Source of the DNA: a virus
Lineage: Duplodnaviria; Caudoviricetes
DNA length: 53,007 nt
Direction: 5' to 3' (one strand)
Virus record (IMG/VR): IMGVR_UViG_3300031519_000027
Location: 1 to 53,007 of that record
Position 1 is the first letter of the stretch; each line of letters opens with the position of its first letter. The notes below the pieces were generated by a model that was not told the origin of the DNA, ran no database searches, and saw only the letters and a list, made by a program, of their open reading frames with translations. This document shows positions 1-9,380 of this stretch, in pieces. Made by a program: the position numbers and the translations under genes.

Positions 1-485
1 GCTCTGACGCACCTCCTGATGCTCCATTCATGAACGAATACGGTGGATGCCTTGCTCCTGATGCCGTGAACTATGATGAGATGGCTTCTTGGGACGATGG
101 CTCGTGTTATTGGGACGATTGGAACGATGAACAATGCGAACCGAATCTGGAAGCAGGTGAGTCTTGGGCCGAATCGGTGAAAGGTGAATCGTCGAACATA
201 GAAGTGCATATCGAAGTCAATAACCTGAATCCTGATTGCCACATTGAAATCGAAGTCCTCATCTCCGTGTATCTCAATAACTCGTATCAATTCACTATGG
301 AGCCTGATGAACTTGGCCGCTATTGGGTGTATGATAGCGTTGATGTAAAGATTCGAGATGAGAGAATAGACAACCTCGGTGATGGCGATTGGTCGTTTGA
401 AACGAGATTCATACCGGTCGGTGGGAACGAGTATTGCTGTCAAATGACCAATGTAGTGACCATTGAGGAATCCAAGCCAGAATAA
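1..485 (+). CDS. 5'-truncated acidic protein with a GCxxPxAxNYDxxAxxDDGSCxY cysteine repeat
   Basis: Frame is open from the window edge; motif GCLAPDAVNYDEMASWDDGSCY seen in the translation. Confidence 0.55.
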   Translation, partial: SDAPPDAPFMNEYGGCLAPDAVNYDEMASWDDGSCYWDDWNDEQCEPNLEAGESWAESVKGESSNIEVHIEVNNLNPDCHIEIEVLISVYLNNSYQFTMEPDELGRYWVYDSVDVKIRDERIDNLGDGDWSFETRFIPVGGNEYCCQMTNVVTIEESKPE

Positions 486-492
486 ATATATC

Positions 493-528
493 CGTAAGTG
501 TTATATAGGCGACCCCCTATGGAGTAAC
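493..528 (+). promoter_or_regulatory. Class I archaeal promoter (BRE-TTATATAGG) with ATAGG-N6-CCTAT inverted repeat, leaderless start
   Basis: cgtaagtg TTATATAGG cgaccc CCTAT ggagtaac ATG; TATA at 501, ATG at 529. Confidence 0.8.
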
Positions 529-753
529 ATGGACGAAACACAGACCCCCAGCCGAAAAGCAAAGCGAACTATGGAAATGTACGAAGCGTGCATGTTCATG
601 GCGACATACACCGCAACCAAATACAAAGAGGGTTTCCCTTGCTCTATCACCGATTGTGGAGATGGTAAGGCAATCATCGTGTCAACCGAAGCGGCGTTTG
701 TCGATTGGAAGGAAGCAAACCGGTACACATCCCCTTGCGTCTATTGGCCTTGA
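529..753 (+). CDS. Small orphan protein (MDETQTP...)
   Basis: In-frame ATG 28 nt after TTATATAGG; track start 463 is probably too long. Confidence 0.65.
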   Translation: MDETQTPSRKAKRTMEMYEACMFMATYTATKYKEGFPCSITDCGDGKAIIVSTEAAFVDWKEANRYTSPCVYWP

Positions 754-790
754 GCAACAGGCTTTAGAACCTGTGGGCCAACCCCTGTCT

Positions 791-2626
791 ATGGCAGACG
801 AAGGGCGAAGGCGTTTTTGGCAACGAAAAATACCCAAGACCATCGAGCCTGTTTCCTTGGACTACAAGGCGTTGGCGTCGTTATCCAAAATAGGAACATA
901 CACCACTTCTCAAGGCCGGACAGGTAAGGCAGGTGGCGGCGCAAGTCCAACACTTGACTACTCGGTCATCCGTGAAATCAGTATGAAGTCAGAAGTCATT
1001 GCCGCAATCGTCAGACGAACTGTTGACGATGTATTAGGCAACGGATACCGATTTGACCTTGCCGAAGGTATCGAGGAAGCCAATCAGGCTGACTTGAAAA
1101 AATTACATCTATTCTTCACCATGCCAAACCCCGAAGACTATGGGAATGAATGGCTTGAATCATTAGTCTATGACCTATGCCTCTTTGGAGACGCATACTT
1201 GGAGATGGACGGTTCTCGTGATAAGTCGTCAGATAGTGGCGAGGATTGGGTCTTTGGGGGCAAGTTATCATCCATTTGGAATGTCCCTGCTGACACCATA
1301 GAGATTCTACCCGCACCACGATTACCTGCACCGCCGGAGATGGCATACATTCAGGTAATCAACGGTGAGACACGGCGATTTGCTTCAAACAAAATAATGC
1401 ACATCAGCAAATACAAACAGGGACGAGGATACGGAACTTCGCCCATGATACCCCTATTGCAAACCATAACCGGTATGTTGCACCTGTCGAATTACATCAA
1501 CGAACAATTCACAGGAACATTGCCGAAGACCATTCTCAATGTTGGTGATATTTCAAACAGTGAGATGAAGACAATGCTTGCCATGCTTGAGCAACAATTG
1601 AGTACCGGCAAATCACCATTCGGATTAGTCGCAGTCAATGGTGGAAAAGGGTTTGAAACACACCGTCTAATTGACTCAATCAAGGACGGACAGCACCTCG
1701 ACCTGCTCTACTACTACCGTGAAGAGATATGCGCTGTATTTGGCATCCCGCCGATGAAATTGGGTTGGGTTCAAACAGGTAAAATGTCGAACCCCGAATC
1801 TCAATTAGAGGCTTGGTATGATGTAGTCGAATCGTATCACCACCGTATATCGTCCTTAATCAATTATCGAATACTACCACTACTCGGAGTCACCGATTAT
1901 GTATTCAAGTTCAATACAATCAGGCCATCCAAGGAGAAGTTACAGGCGGAAGTGATTCGCTCTCAAGGTGCGGCGATAGCGTCACTAAGACAGGAGGGAG
2001 TCATCTCGATTAACGAGGCTCGGAAAATGCTTGGATACGATTTGATTCAAGACGACGATGCAAACGACCCATACTACCTATCGCCAAAATTAGCCATCAA
2101 CAGAGGTGCTGACTCTGATGAACCCGATGATGAAGAGGTCGAGCGCATGTATCGAAGATTGACCCCCCGTGATTTGAAACCGCCGCAGGGAGTGAGAGAT
2201 GCCTGCAAGACGGGCATACAACTCTTTGAGGACGGCTATGGAGGAAGTGGCCTTGAAGCCGCTACAATCCGTGAGGCTCGTGGTATCGTAAGAGGAAATA
2301 ATATCACCGTCGCCAAGGCCGGAAAAATGATTCGTTGGTGGGGCCGCAACTCAAGGTTCCTTGATGAGCCTAAAGACAGTGCCGCTTGGACTGCCGCCAT
2401 GTTATGGGGTGGTCGTGCGGGCAAGTCATGGGCTTCTAAATTGAAACGCGCTCAGGACTCAGAAGAAAAGGCCGAACCGGTATATCCTCACGAAATGTAT
2501 GACTGTGAAACGGGTGAGAGTTACACTGCAAACAATGAAGCCGAACATCAGGAATACGCTGACTTAGGCTATGTTCATTCGATGAGCGAATGTGAACTCA
2601 AAGAAGAGGGAGAGCATGGACTTTGA
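791..2626 (+). CDS. Portal protein with C-terminal accessory domains
   Basis: Portal-like motifs (MPNP, LCLFGDAYLE, GYGTSP, EEICAVFGIPP, GVISINEARKMLG); start reassigned to ATG 791, 28 nt after TTTAGAACC. Confidence 0.9.
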   Translation: MADEGRRRFWQRKIPKTIEPVSLDYKALASLSKIGTYTTSQGRTGKAGGGASPTLDYSVIREISMKSEVIAAIVRRTVDDVLGNGYRFDLAEGIEEANQADLKKLHLFFTMPNPEDYGNEWLESLVYDLCLFGDAYLEMDGSRDKSSDSGEDWVFGGKLSSIWNVPADTIEILPAPRLPAPPEMAYIQVINGETRRFASNKIMHISKYKQGRGYGTSPMIPLLQTITGMLHLSNYINEQFTGTLPKTILNVGDISNSEMKTMLAMLEQQLSTGKSPFGLVAVNGGKGFETHRLIDSIKDGQHLDLLYYYREEICAVFGIPPMKLGWVQTGKMSNPESQLEAWYDVVESYHHRISSLINYRILPLLGVTDYVFKFNTIRPSKEKLQAEVIRSQGAAIASLRQEGVISINEARKMLGYDLIQDDDANDPYYLSPKLAINRGADSDEPDDEEVERMYRRLTPRDLKPPQGVRDACKTGIQLFEDGYGGSGLEAATIREARGIVRGNNITVAKAGKMIRWWGRNSRFLDEPKDSAAWTAAMLWGGRAGKSWASKLKRAQDSEEKAEPVYPHEMYDCETGESYTANNEAEHQEYADLGYVHSMSECELKEEGEHGL

Positions 2627-3011
2627 GGTCAACGGAGGGGTCTTCAACAGAGCCGCCCGTTCCTTCGCATACTTGGGCGCATTCTTATCCGGCCCTGCTA
2701 CGATAGCCATGCAAAAGGAGTTCGGTGAAATCATCCTTGCGAAAGCAAAGCAGTTAGTGCCGGTTAGGACAGGTGCTTTGAAGAACAGTGGCCGTGTGGT
2801 CATGTCTCAAAGTCGAAAGGGCGTCGAAGTTAGGTTTGGTAATTCAGGAGTCCGATACGCTATGGTAGTCGAGTATGGACGATTCTCATACGCTCCATTT
2901 GCACCCCGACCATACATTAGACCCGCCGTCCGATACGCAAGCAAGAAGTTCAGAGCAAGCAAACAAATGAAGATAGCGGAGCGAAAAACACTGCCTCGCC
3001 GTTGGATTTAA
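2616..3011 (+). CDS. HK97 gp10-like tail completion/neck protein
   Basis: AKQLVPVRTGALKNSG...YAMVVEYG...PRPYIRPA signature; SD-like GAGGGAG before ATG 2616. Confidence 0.8.
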   Translation: MDFEVNGGVFNRAARSFAYLGAFLSGPATIAMQKEFGEIILAKAKQLVPVRTGALKNSGRVVMSQSRKGVEVRFGNSGVRYAMVVEYGRFSYAPFAPRPYIRPAVRYASKKFRASKQMKIAERKTLPRRWI

Positions 3012-3048
3012 CGACACGATTATATAGGTGGGGATTTGTATTCGGAAC
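3012..3048 (+). promoter_or_regulatory. Class I promoter
   Basis: cgacacga TTATATAGG at 3020, ATG at 3049. Confidence 0.75.
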
Positions 3049-3330
3049 ATGCGTGGACGAAAGGGCGGAGACAGAGTGTTGAATAAAACACCACATTGGG
3101 TCATAGAAGGATTGGCTCAAATGGAGGTCACTGAACCCATGCCAACACCCGACATTCTTCTCGAATTAGACCATTACAGGGCAGGACTCACCAATCCGAG
3201 TCGCAACCGTCACGCAACTCACCGATACTACGACCACAGCCCCCAATTCATCGTATTCGTATTGAAGCGATTGGGATGGCGCAACACCACACAGGGAACA
3301 GGCAAAGCCGCTATGTGGGTCAAGGGTTAG
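3049..3330 (+). CDS. Small basic hypothetical protein, possibly winged-helix-like
   Basis: Leaderless ATG 29 nt after TATA; fold is a guess. Confidence 0.55.
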   Translation: MRGRKGGDRVLNKTPHWVIEGLAQMEVTEPMPTPDILLELDHYRAGLTNPSRNRHATHRYYDHSPQFIVFVLKRLGWRNTTQGTGKAAMWVKG

Positions 3331-3362
3331 AGTCTTAAACCACTTCGCACAGACGATAGGGC

Positions 3363-4829
3363 ATGAGCCGCCTTAGTGATGCAGTCGTAATTGACTCTGA
3401 CGATTTATTCAACGCCATTGAGGGCGATTCAAAAGAGGCAGTGTTTGAATACCGATTCAACATGCCATTTACTGTTGACAAGGCACATAAGCCTGAACAT
3501 GACGAGGGTGACACAGTAGTCTATGGCCCCGTCTATGTTGGAGACGAGAAGATGCTCGACCGACACCGTGAATTGGTGGACGCCGAGGCAATCATGAAGT
3601 CTTGGGATACATACTCTAAGAATCCGGTTATCCTCTACAATCACCGAAAGGACTACGGCGTCATTGGTTTGATGGAGTCCGTTGAGATGGGTATGTTCAC
3701 AGCCGAGGACGGGACAGAGATGGAAGCAGTCTTTGGACGGGCAGTCATTGACAGTGGTGAAATTGACATCACTCGTAAAATCAACAAAGGTATGCTACGA
3801 GCATTCTCTATTGGCTTCATGGCTAAGGCCGCAGTCAAGGAAGGCACAGGCGACGAGGCATATATTAGATTCACCAACATCGAATGGATTGAGACGAGTG
3901 TGGTTGACATTCCCGCAAGTCCAAACGCACTGTTCAATGTGAGCAAGTCCCTCGTTTCCTATGGAGATGAGATTATTGCCGAGCAACCAAGAGCCGATTC
4001 AATCTCTGAAATGTCCGAAAAATTGGATTTGTTGATTACTCACCTCTCAACACCTATCGGAGACAATACCCTTAAAGACCATGTGCCGGAGGTAATTGCT
4101 ATGACCGAAGCGAACCTTACCGACGCAACAGAAGAAGAAGTGGTTGTTGAAGAAGCACTTATTGAATTATCAGAACCAACAGAAACCGTCTTACTAAAGA
4201 CAGAAGAGGTTCTCGAAGAAGAGGAAGAAGTTCTTGAAGAAGAAGTCCTTGAAGAAGAAGTCCTTGAAGAAGCCGAAGAGGCTGTCGAAGAAGAAGTTCT
4301 TGAAGAGGAAGTCCTTGAAGAAGAAGTTCTTGAAGAAGAAGTTCTGGTCGAAGAGGTTGCCGAAGCAACCGAAGAAGAATCACTTGGAGACGAACTCGTT
4401 GAATTATCTATGGATGAAGACACTCCAACACTCGCAATCCTCTCTGAAGTCGTCTTGGCTTTGTCACAGGTTGAAGAAAGTGTCAAATCAATGCACACCT
4501 TCTTTGCCGAGGTCGAATCACTCAAGGCCGCACTTGCTGAAAAGGAATCAATCATTGCCTCTATGACAGAGCAAACCAAAGCCGCCGAAGCCGAAGCCGC
4601 TATCGAAGCCGAGGTTTCACGCCGACTCGCTGAAAAAATGGCCGAAGCAAATCTCGCTCCGACCGCCGCAAGTCCAAAATCACTTTCCACATCGTCCAAG
4701 ACTCTGAAAGTCAAGACCGGAACAACCAAGCATGACCCAACGCCCGAAGTTAGCAACGGAATGGCGCACTTAGGCTCATGGTTGGAGAACCGACTTGGTG
4801 CTAAGAGAACCGGATATATGGATGAATGA
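3363..4829 (+). CDS. HK97-family prohead protease fused to acidic scaffold
   Basis: DRHRELV, NPVILYNH, GMLRAFSIGF, ETSVVDIPASPNA motifs; lies between portal and capsid genes. Confidence 0.9.
   Translation: MSRLSDAVVIDSDDLFNAIEGDSKEAVFEYRFNMPFTVDKAHKPEHDEGDTVVYGPVYVGDEKMLDRHRELVDAEAIMKSWDTYSKNPVILYNHRKDYGVIGLMESVEMGMFTAEDGTEMEAVFGRAVIDSGEIDITRKINKGMLRAFSIGFMAKAAVKEGTGDEAYIRFTNIEWIETSVVDIPASPNALFNVSKSLVSYGDEIIAEQPRADSISEMSEKLDLLITHLSTPIGDNTLKDHVPEVIAMTEANLTDATEEEVVVEEALIELSEPTETVLLKTEEVLEEEEEVLEEEVLEEEVLEEAEEAVEEEVLEEEVLEEEVLEEEVLVEEVAEATEEESLGDELVELSMDEDTPTLAILSEVVLALSQVEESVKSMHTFFAEVESLKAALAEKESIIASMTEQTKAAEAEAAIEAEVSRRLAEKMAEANLAPTAASPKSLSTSSKTLKVKTGTTKHDPTPEVSNGMAHLGSWLENRLGAKRTGYMDE
4101..4829 (+). 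CDS. Putative nested in-frame scaffolding protein (MTEANLTD...)
   Basis: GGAGGT at 4088-4093 and TTAAAGACC at 4072, 29 nt before in-frame ATG 4101; acidic coiled-coil sequence. Confidence 0.6.
   Translation: MTEANLTDATEEEVVVEEALIELSEPTETVLLKTEEVLEEEEEVLEEEVLEEEVLEEAEEAVEEEVLEEEVLEEEVLEEEVLVEEVAEATEEESLGDELVELSMDEDTPTLAILSEVVLALSQVEESVKSMHTFFAEVESLKAALAEKESIIASMTEQTKAAEAEAAIEAEVSRRLAEKMAEANLAPTAASPKSLSTSSKTLKVKTGTTKHDPTPEVSNGMAHLGSWLENRLGAKRTGYMDE
4203..4350 (+). repeat. Tandem 15-bp repeats encoding EEEVL pentapeptides
   Basis: Repeated GAAGAAGAAGT(T/C)CTT units. Confidence 0.9.
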
Positions 4830-4870
4830 ACCAAAACGGTTAATACCCACAACGACAGGAGATTGAAAAC

Positions 4871-5956
4871 ATGAGCCAAGAAATAGACTTTACAGAATTG
4901 ACAGAAAGAGTGAAGAACGCTCTCGCAGGAGCCGCCGCCGCAACCGGTGCTACCATGCTTCCAACTGAAACCGCCGAGGAAATTATCGGAATCGTGTATG
5001 AACGCAACTTCATGCGCTCCCTTTTCCCTGCAATGCCAATGTCCCGCCGAATCATGAAAGTGCCAAAATTGAGTGGCTCTGTTGACTTCCACGGAATGAC
5101 CCTCGGTAATGTTGACGCCGGAACTGCCGCTGATGAATCCCGTCACGCAACCGCAGAGGTTGACTTGGAACTCAAGACAATGATTGCAAACATCCCAATC
5201 GGTAACTACCTCGTCGCTTACGGTGTCGAAGGTTTGATGTCCGTCCTTCGTGATGACATTGCTTCCCGTCTCGCTTTCAACGAAGCAAGTCTCCTTATCA
5301 ACGGCGATACCAACATTGCCGCATCAGGAGTCGCAGGCGGCCCATGGCCCGCTTACTCAGGAAACATCAACGGAATCTATGCCGCTGTCGGAAACGCATC
5401 TGGTGTCTCCGCTACTGCAAACGATTACCTTCTTCTCTTTGACGGTCTTCGCAAATTGTCAACGGCTACAAATGTCGTCGCAGGTGGCGCATTCACTCTT
5501 GCTCACCTCCGAAACGCTATCTCCAACCTTGGAGTATATGCTGACAACCGTGATGACCTTGCTCTGATTGTTCCTCGAAACCTTGAAGTCCAACTTCTCG
5601 GTTTGACCGAACTTCAAACCGTTGACAAATACGGACTCGGTGCAACAATCCTCTCAGGCGAGATTGGACGAATCTACGGCATCCGTGTCTTTGGAACCGG
5701 TGCTATCGCAACCAACCTTGGATTGGACGGAACATTCGATGTAACCGCCGTAACTGCTGACAAAACAGTGGCTATCTTGACTCACATTCGCTCCCCAATG
5801 ATTGGCAACCCAACCGTTGCTGAACGCCGATTCAGTGTTGGATACGAAGATGAACCGACCAAAGACCGATTCGTGCTTATCCCTAAGCAAGACATTGCCT
5901 TTGCAGTCCGACATCCTGAAGCAATCTGTAAGATTGTTGGTATTGACACCATTTGA
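4871..5956 (+). CDS. Major capsid protein (HK97 fold)
   Basis: 361 aa after protease; GATMLPTETAEEII, LLINGD, DGLRK, GRIYGIRV, RHPEAI motifs; SD AGGAG. Confidence 0.9.
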   Translation: MSQEIDFTELTERVKNALAGAAAATGATMLPTETAEEIIGIVYERNFMRSLFPAMPMSRRIMKVPKLSGSVDFHGMTLGNVDAGTAADESRHATAEVDLELKTMIANIPIGNYLVAYGVEGLMSVLRDDIASRLAFNEASLLINGDTNIAASGVAGGPWPAYSGNINGIYAAVGNASGVSATANDYLLLFDGLRKLSTATNVVAGGAFTLAHLRNAISNLGVYADNRDDLALIVPRNLEVQLLGLTELQTVDKYGLGATILSGEIGRIYGIRVFGTGAIATNLGLDGTFDVTAVTADKTVAILTHIRSPMIGNPTVAERRFSVGYEDEPTKDRFVLIPKQDIAFAVRHPEAICKIVGIDTI

Positions 5957-5986
5957 TTCTGACTTTGCTTAGTGGCGTACTTCTCA

Positions 5987-6011
5987 CGATTGCCTCTAAG
6001 CGAGGCAATCG
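5987..6011 (+). terminator. Hairpin downstream of the capsid gene (attenuator or mRNA stabiliser)
   Basis: CGATTGCCTC-taagc-GAGGCAATCG, perfect 10-bp stem. Confidence 0.55.
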
Positions 6012-6026
6012 AAGGAGGACACTATC

Positions 6027-6653
6027 ATGACAGGAATTGACTACTGCACCACCGCTGATGTTGAGATATACAGCGGCGTGGACTTTAGCGCAGGCATTGG
6101 GCCATCAACGGCTCAAGTCGCCACGATGATTAGCAATGCTTCACGGCTCGTTGACACTTACGCAGGCCGAACATTGGCAGGCATAGAGTCCATTGTCGAG
6201 TATCAAGACGCCTCACGATTGATGGAACACATGGTTCTACGAAGTCGTCCCGTGGCGGCGGTAGCAAGCCTTGAGGAAGTCAAATCAGACGGCTCATTGG
6301 TTACTCTCGTTGAAGGACGGAATCGGACTAACTGTGATTGGTGGCTCGACGATGCTGAATCAGGCATCATACGCTTCCATGGTCAAATCGGAATCACTGC
6401 TCGGCAGTATTTCAAGGTCACATACACGAGTGGCTACACAGCCCCTCCTATGGAGGCTAAAATGGCTACGATAATGCTTGTCGTAAGACAGGCCGCACGA
6501 GCCGCCATGAATGACGAGAATTGCTCTGATAGAATCAAGGATTTATGGCGACCACTACTTGCCACCACCGAGGCCGAATACAGAGAGATGCTTGACCGTG
6601 TTAAACGCAATTCTATGATGGCAGTAACCGTCTTTGGAAACGGCGGTGTTTGA
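6027..6653 (+). CDS. Head-tail adaptor/connector protein
   Basis: YCTTADV start, ASRLVDTYAGR, VTYTSGY motifs; follows MCP. Confidence 0.8.
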   Translation: MTGIDYCTTADVEIYSGVDFSAGIGPSTAQVATMISNASRLVDTYAGRTLAGIESIVEYQDASRLMEHMVLRSRPVAAVASLEEVKSDGSLVTLVEGRNRTNCDWWLDDAESGIIRFHGQIGITARQYFKVTYTSGYTAPPMEAKMATIMLVVRQAARAAMNDENCSDRIKDLWRPLLATTEAEYREMLDRVKRNSMMAVTVFGNGGV

Positions 6654-6654
6654 A

Positions 6655-7137
6655 ATGGTTGGCGGTCAGCCACCACTAATCGACCCTCACACTCTTATCA
6701 AGGGTCTTATCGAAGACAATACCCCTGCCGTCGGTGCATGGACTGTTGTTGTCAACGATGGTTGGCTTGAATCCAAATTACAAAAGACATACCAAATCTC
6801 GCTGTATCAAGAATATGCCGAGACGAGGACTTCTCGATTCAATACCGATGACGCCGTTCCTCATACCATATCTCAATTCCTCGTGATAGCATTGTTCCAC
6901 CCGACACGAGTCGGCGTGTGGACGCTATACAGAGCCTTGACAACCGTTCTAAACGATGCGAGCCTCACCACACAGGGGGTCAACGGCAATACCGACTACC
7001 AATGGTGCAGGTTGGCCCGTTCTGAAGAGGCCAAGGCACTGAATAGCATAGATAAGTTATGTGGCCCTGAGACGCCCAAGGATGCCTGTATAGGCTATCG
7101 CATGGACTTATCACTCGAACTTCGATGGGAAGAATGA
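6655..7137 (+). CDS. Putative tail terminator/neck protein
   Basis: Position after adaptor, size and alpha/beta pattern; inference. Confidence 0.5.
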   Translation: MVGGQPPLIDPHTLIKGLIEDNTPAVGAWTVVVNDGWLESKLQKTYQISLYQEYAETRTSRFNTDDAVPHTISQFLVIALFHPTRVGVWTLYRALTTVLNDASLTTQGVNGNTDYQWCRLARSEEAKALNSIDKLCGPETPKDACIGYRMDLSLELRWEE

Positions 7138-7142
7138 GTAAG

Positions 7143-7179
7143 CGACACTGTTATATAGGTGAGGCGACAACGAGTAGAC
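7143..7179 (+). promoter_or_regulatory. Class I promoter
   Basis: cgacactg TTATATAGG at 7151, ATG at 7180. Confidence 0.8.
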
Positions 7180-7491
7180 ATGCCGACCGAAATCGCCGAC
7201 CCGCAACCGCTAACCAAAGACCAACTGAACATATACGCAATGCAACTACGGAAGGTTGTTGGTCACATAAACGACTACTGCGTTGAACGCACTCATCTAC
7301 ACAGTGCCATGGCCCAGATTGGAGAAGGACAGAAAGCATACCTTGAAATCAATCCCCATTTGAAATATACCCCAAGCGGTTACAATACTGCAATGGATGG
7401 GATTCAAGCACTTCTCACTCTCAACTTTGCTCGCCGAGATAACCTCTTGAGAGAACACGAACGAATCCTCGAACTCATGATGGTGAGATAA
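7180..7491 (+). CDS. Helical hypothetical protein
   Basis: Leaderless start; stop overlaps next start (TAATG). Confidence 0.6.
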   Translation: MPTEIADPQPLTKDQLNIYAMQLRKVVGHINDYCVERTHLHSAMAQIGEGQKAYLEINPHLKYTPSGYNTAMDGIQALLTLNFARRDNLLREHERILELMMVR

Positions 7492-8051
7492 TGAACATTT
7501 TCGTTCTCGACACCAACCCTGAAACCGCCGCCCAAATGCAGTGCGATAAGCATATTCCAAAAATGATTCTTGAGTGCGCTCAAATGATGGTTTCAGCACT
7601 TCGCCGATATGGTGTAACCGATGAATACCTCGTTGACAAAGGCGTAGTGACTAAGGCCGGAACTCCATACAAAGAGACTCATAAGAACCACCCTTGCACT
7701 CGTTGGGCCGGTGACAGCCGTGACAATTTCAAGTGGCTCGCTCGTCATGCTCAAGCACTGCTTACTGAATACTCAAATCGCTTTGATAAAGTCCATGCTT
7801 GCAATGGCCCTGTCCATATCATGTCCTGTAAAGACCACATCATTCCCGAAGGTGGACTGACACAGTTCGCATTGGCTATGCCCGATGAATACAGACCCGA
7901 ACCTATTGATGGTGAAACGGTGTATCATGCTTACCCAAAGTTCGCAATCAAAGCATACCAAAAATACTACCACAGCAAGACATTCGCCAAGTGGGAGAAG
8001 GGAAGACCTGCACCTGATTGGTGGAAAGGTTTGACCGGCACTGTTATATAG
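7491..8051 (+). CDS. Pyrimidine-dimer DNA glycosylase / T4 endonuclease V-like family protein
   Basis: MNIFVLD...CDKHIPKMILECAQM...HKNHPCTRW...EY..RF.KVH...QFALAMPDEY...AYQKYY signature. Confidence 0.8.
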   Translation: MNIFVLDTNPETAAQMQCDKHIPKMILECAQMMVSALRRYGVTDEYLVDKGVVTKAGTPYKETHKNHPCTRWAGDSRDNFKWLARHAQALLTEYSNRFDKVHACNGPVHIMSCKDHIIPEGGLTQFALAMPDEYRPEPIDGETVYHAYPKFAIKAYQKYYHSKTFAKWEKGRPAPDWWKGLTGTVI

Positions 8052-8071
8052 GACACCCCCTATGGATATAC
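8036..8071 (+). promoter_or_regulatory. Class I promoter with ATAGG-N6-CCTAT repeat
   Basis: cggcactg TTATATAGG acaccc CCTAT ggatatac ATG; TATA 8044, ATG 8072. Confidence 0.8.
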
Positions 8072-8434
8072 ATGGTCAGCAACACATACGAGATAGCCCA
8101 AGCCGTGAGTGCATTGGAAACAATTCCTCTTGGTGAAACAATAATCGCCCCTTTGAACGCATGGTTCGGATTGGACGAGATGAACGCACCCATCACTCTC
8201 CACTACTGCGGAGTTACTTCTAACGATGATGAAGAAGTCGTCGTTATCTCCGGTAACAAATCATTCCCTGCATGGGCTGTTAGCGAAGTTATGGACGATG
8301 TTCACATGACCAATGCTGTGCGCTCTGAGCGTTCCACAGGCACTCGAATGGCTATCTCCTTTGGAATGAGCCGTGGCAAGACCTCACAGGCCGTTAAGGC
8401 GGCTTACTTGGCTACTTTCAAGCGAATCGCTTAA
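8072..8434 (+). CDS. Orphan protein
   Basis: Leaderless ATG 28 nt after TATA. Confidence 0.65.
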   Translation: MVSNTYEIAQAVSALETIPLGETIIAPLNAWFGLDEMNAPITLHYCGVTSNDDEEVVVISGNKSFPAWAVSEVMDDVHMTNAVRSERSTGTRMAISFGMSRGKTSQAVKAAYLATFKRIA

Positions 8435-8460
8435 GAACCCTATAAGGGACTTGAACGGTT

Positions 8461-8814
8461 ATGGCAAAGAAGGCTACATCCAAAAAAACAGAAGAGAAAG
8501 AACTCGTTGAAGAGGTTCTCGCACCTGTTGTCGAGGAACCCGTTGTCGAGAAGAAGGAAACCAAGTCGAGTAAATTGCCGGCAATTCCTGACCCTCAGAC
8601 ATGCGCTCTACCGACTCTCGACTTCATCAAGGTATCATTCCTTTCGATGACAGGCGTTGAAGCAACCGAGGCTGAAATCGCACACTACACACGCTCTCTT
8701 GATGTTCTCAAGTTCCCAAAGGTCGATTTGCATTATGATATCAAAAAGGGCGGTGCGTATCAATCACTGCATGTTATTCCATTCCTATCCTCCGCTAACC
8801 GGAATGAACGATAA
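8461..8814 (+). CDS. Hypothetical protein with low-complexity K/E/V N-terminus
   Basis: ORF preceded by late-type TTAAGAACC at 8431. Confidence 0.55.
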   Translation: MAKKATSKKTEEKELVEEVLAPVVEEPVVEKKETKSSKLPAIPDPQTCALPTLDFIKVSFLSMTGVEATEAEIAHYTRSLDVLKFPKVDLHYDIKKGGAYQSLHVIPFLSSANRNER

Positions 8815-8825
8815 GGGGTGCTTGA

Positions 8826-9341
8826 TTGCCCTTCAAGGATGCCTCTAAGCGTAAGTCCTATCAGAAGAGGTATCACGAAGGTTGGTATGCCGAGAATGGC
8901 GACCACCGAAAGCAACAGGTGAAGAATCGCCGTCGTAAATTGAAGCAACGATTTGCTGATTACAAACAAACATTGGAGTGTCATAAATGCGGCCTATCGG
9001 GCAAGGACAACCAATGGGCGTTAGAACACCACCACCTCGACCCAAATGAAAAGGTGACTTCGATAGCCCACTTGGTTACGAGTGGCTACTCGTGGGACAC
9101 CGTAATGGAAGAGGTTGCGAAGTGTATCGTGATATGTGCCAATTGTCATCGAATGGAACATTGGGAAGAATACAAACAGAAAGTCCTGAATGGAGAACCA
9201 ACAGCCAACGAACCTCGTGGTTATCCTATCGGACAGAATAGAAGGGCCAAGCGGAAAAAACGCGAACGCGATAGACTTGCTGAAATAAATGACAAAACCC
9301 GTGAAGGCGACCGAAGCGGCCCCGAACGAACGAATCATTGA
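8826..9341 (+). CDS. HNH endonuclease
   Basis: CxxC...LEHHHLDP...KCIVICANCHRMEH. Confidence 0.85.
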   Translation: MPFKDASKRKSYQKRYHEGWYAENGDHRKQQVKNRRRKLKQRFADYKQTLECHKCGLSGKDNQWALEHHHLDPNEKVTSIAHLVTSGYSWDTVMEEVAKCIVICANCHRMEHWEEYKQKVLNGEPTANEPRGYPIGQNRRAKRKKRERDRLAEINDKTREGDRSGPERTNH

Positions 9342-9342
9342 C

Positions 9343-9380
9343 CGACACTGTTATATAGGTGGGTTCGTCTTTCTACAAAT
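9343..9380 (+). promoter_or_regulatory. Class I promoter
   Basis: cgacactg TTATATAGG at 9351, ATG at 9381. Confidence 0.8.

Noticed and set aside
656-790. N-terminal extension of the portal in the ORF track
   Set aside because: Overlaps the upstream gene; promoter spacing supports ATG 791. The same logic applies to many GTG/TTG starts that fall inside promoters
4040-5146. 368-aa minus-strand ORF
   Set aside because: Ser-rich mirror of the GAA-rich scaffold and capsid genes
8826-9341. Intron- or intein-encoded homing endonuclease
   Set aside because: Free-standing ORF with no interrupted host gene or splice motifs evident
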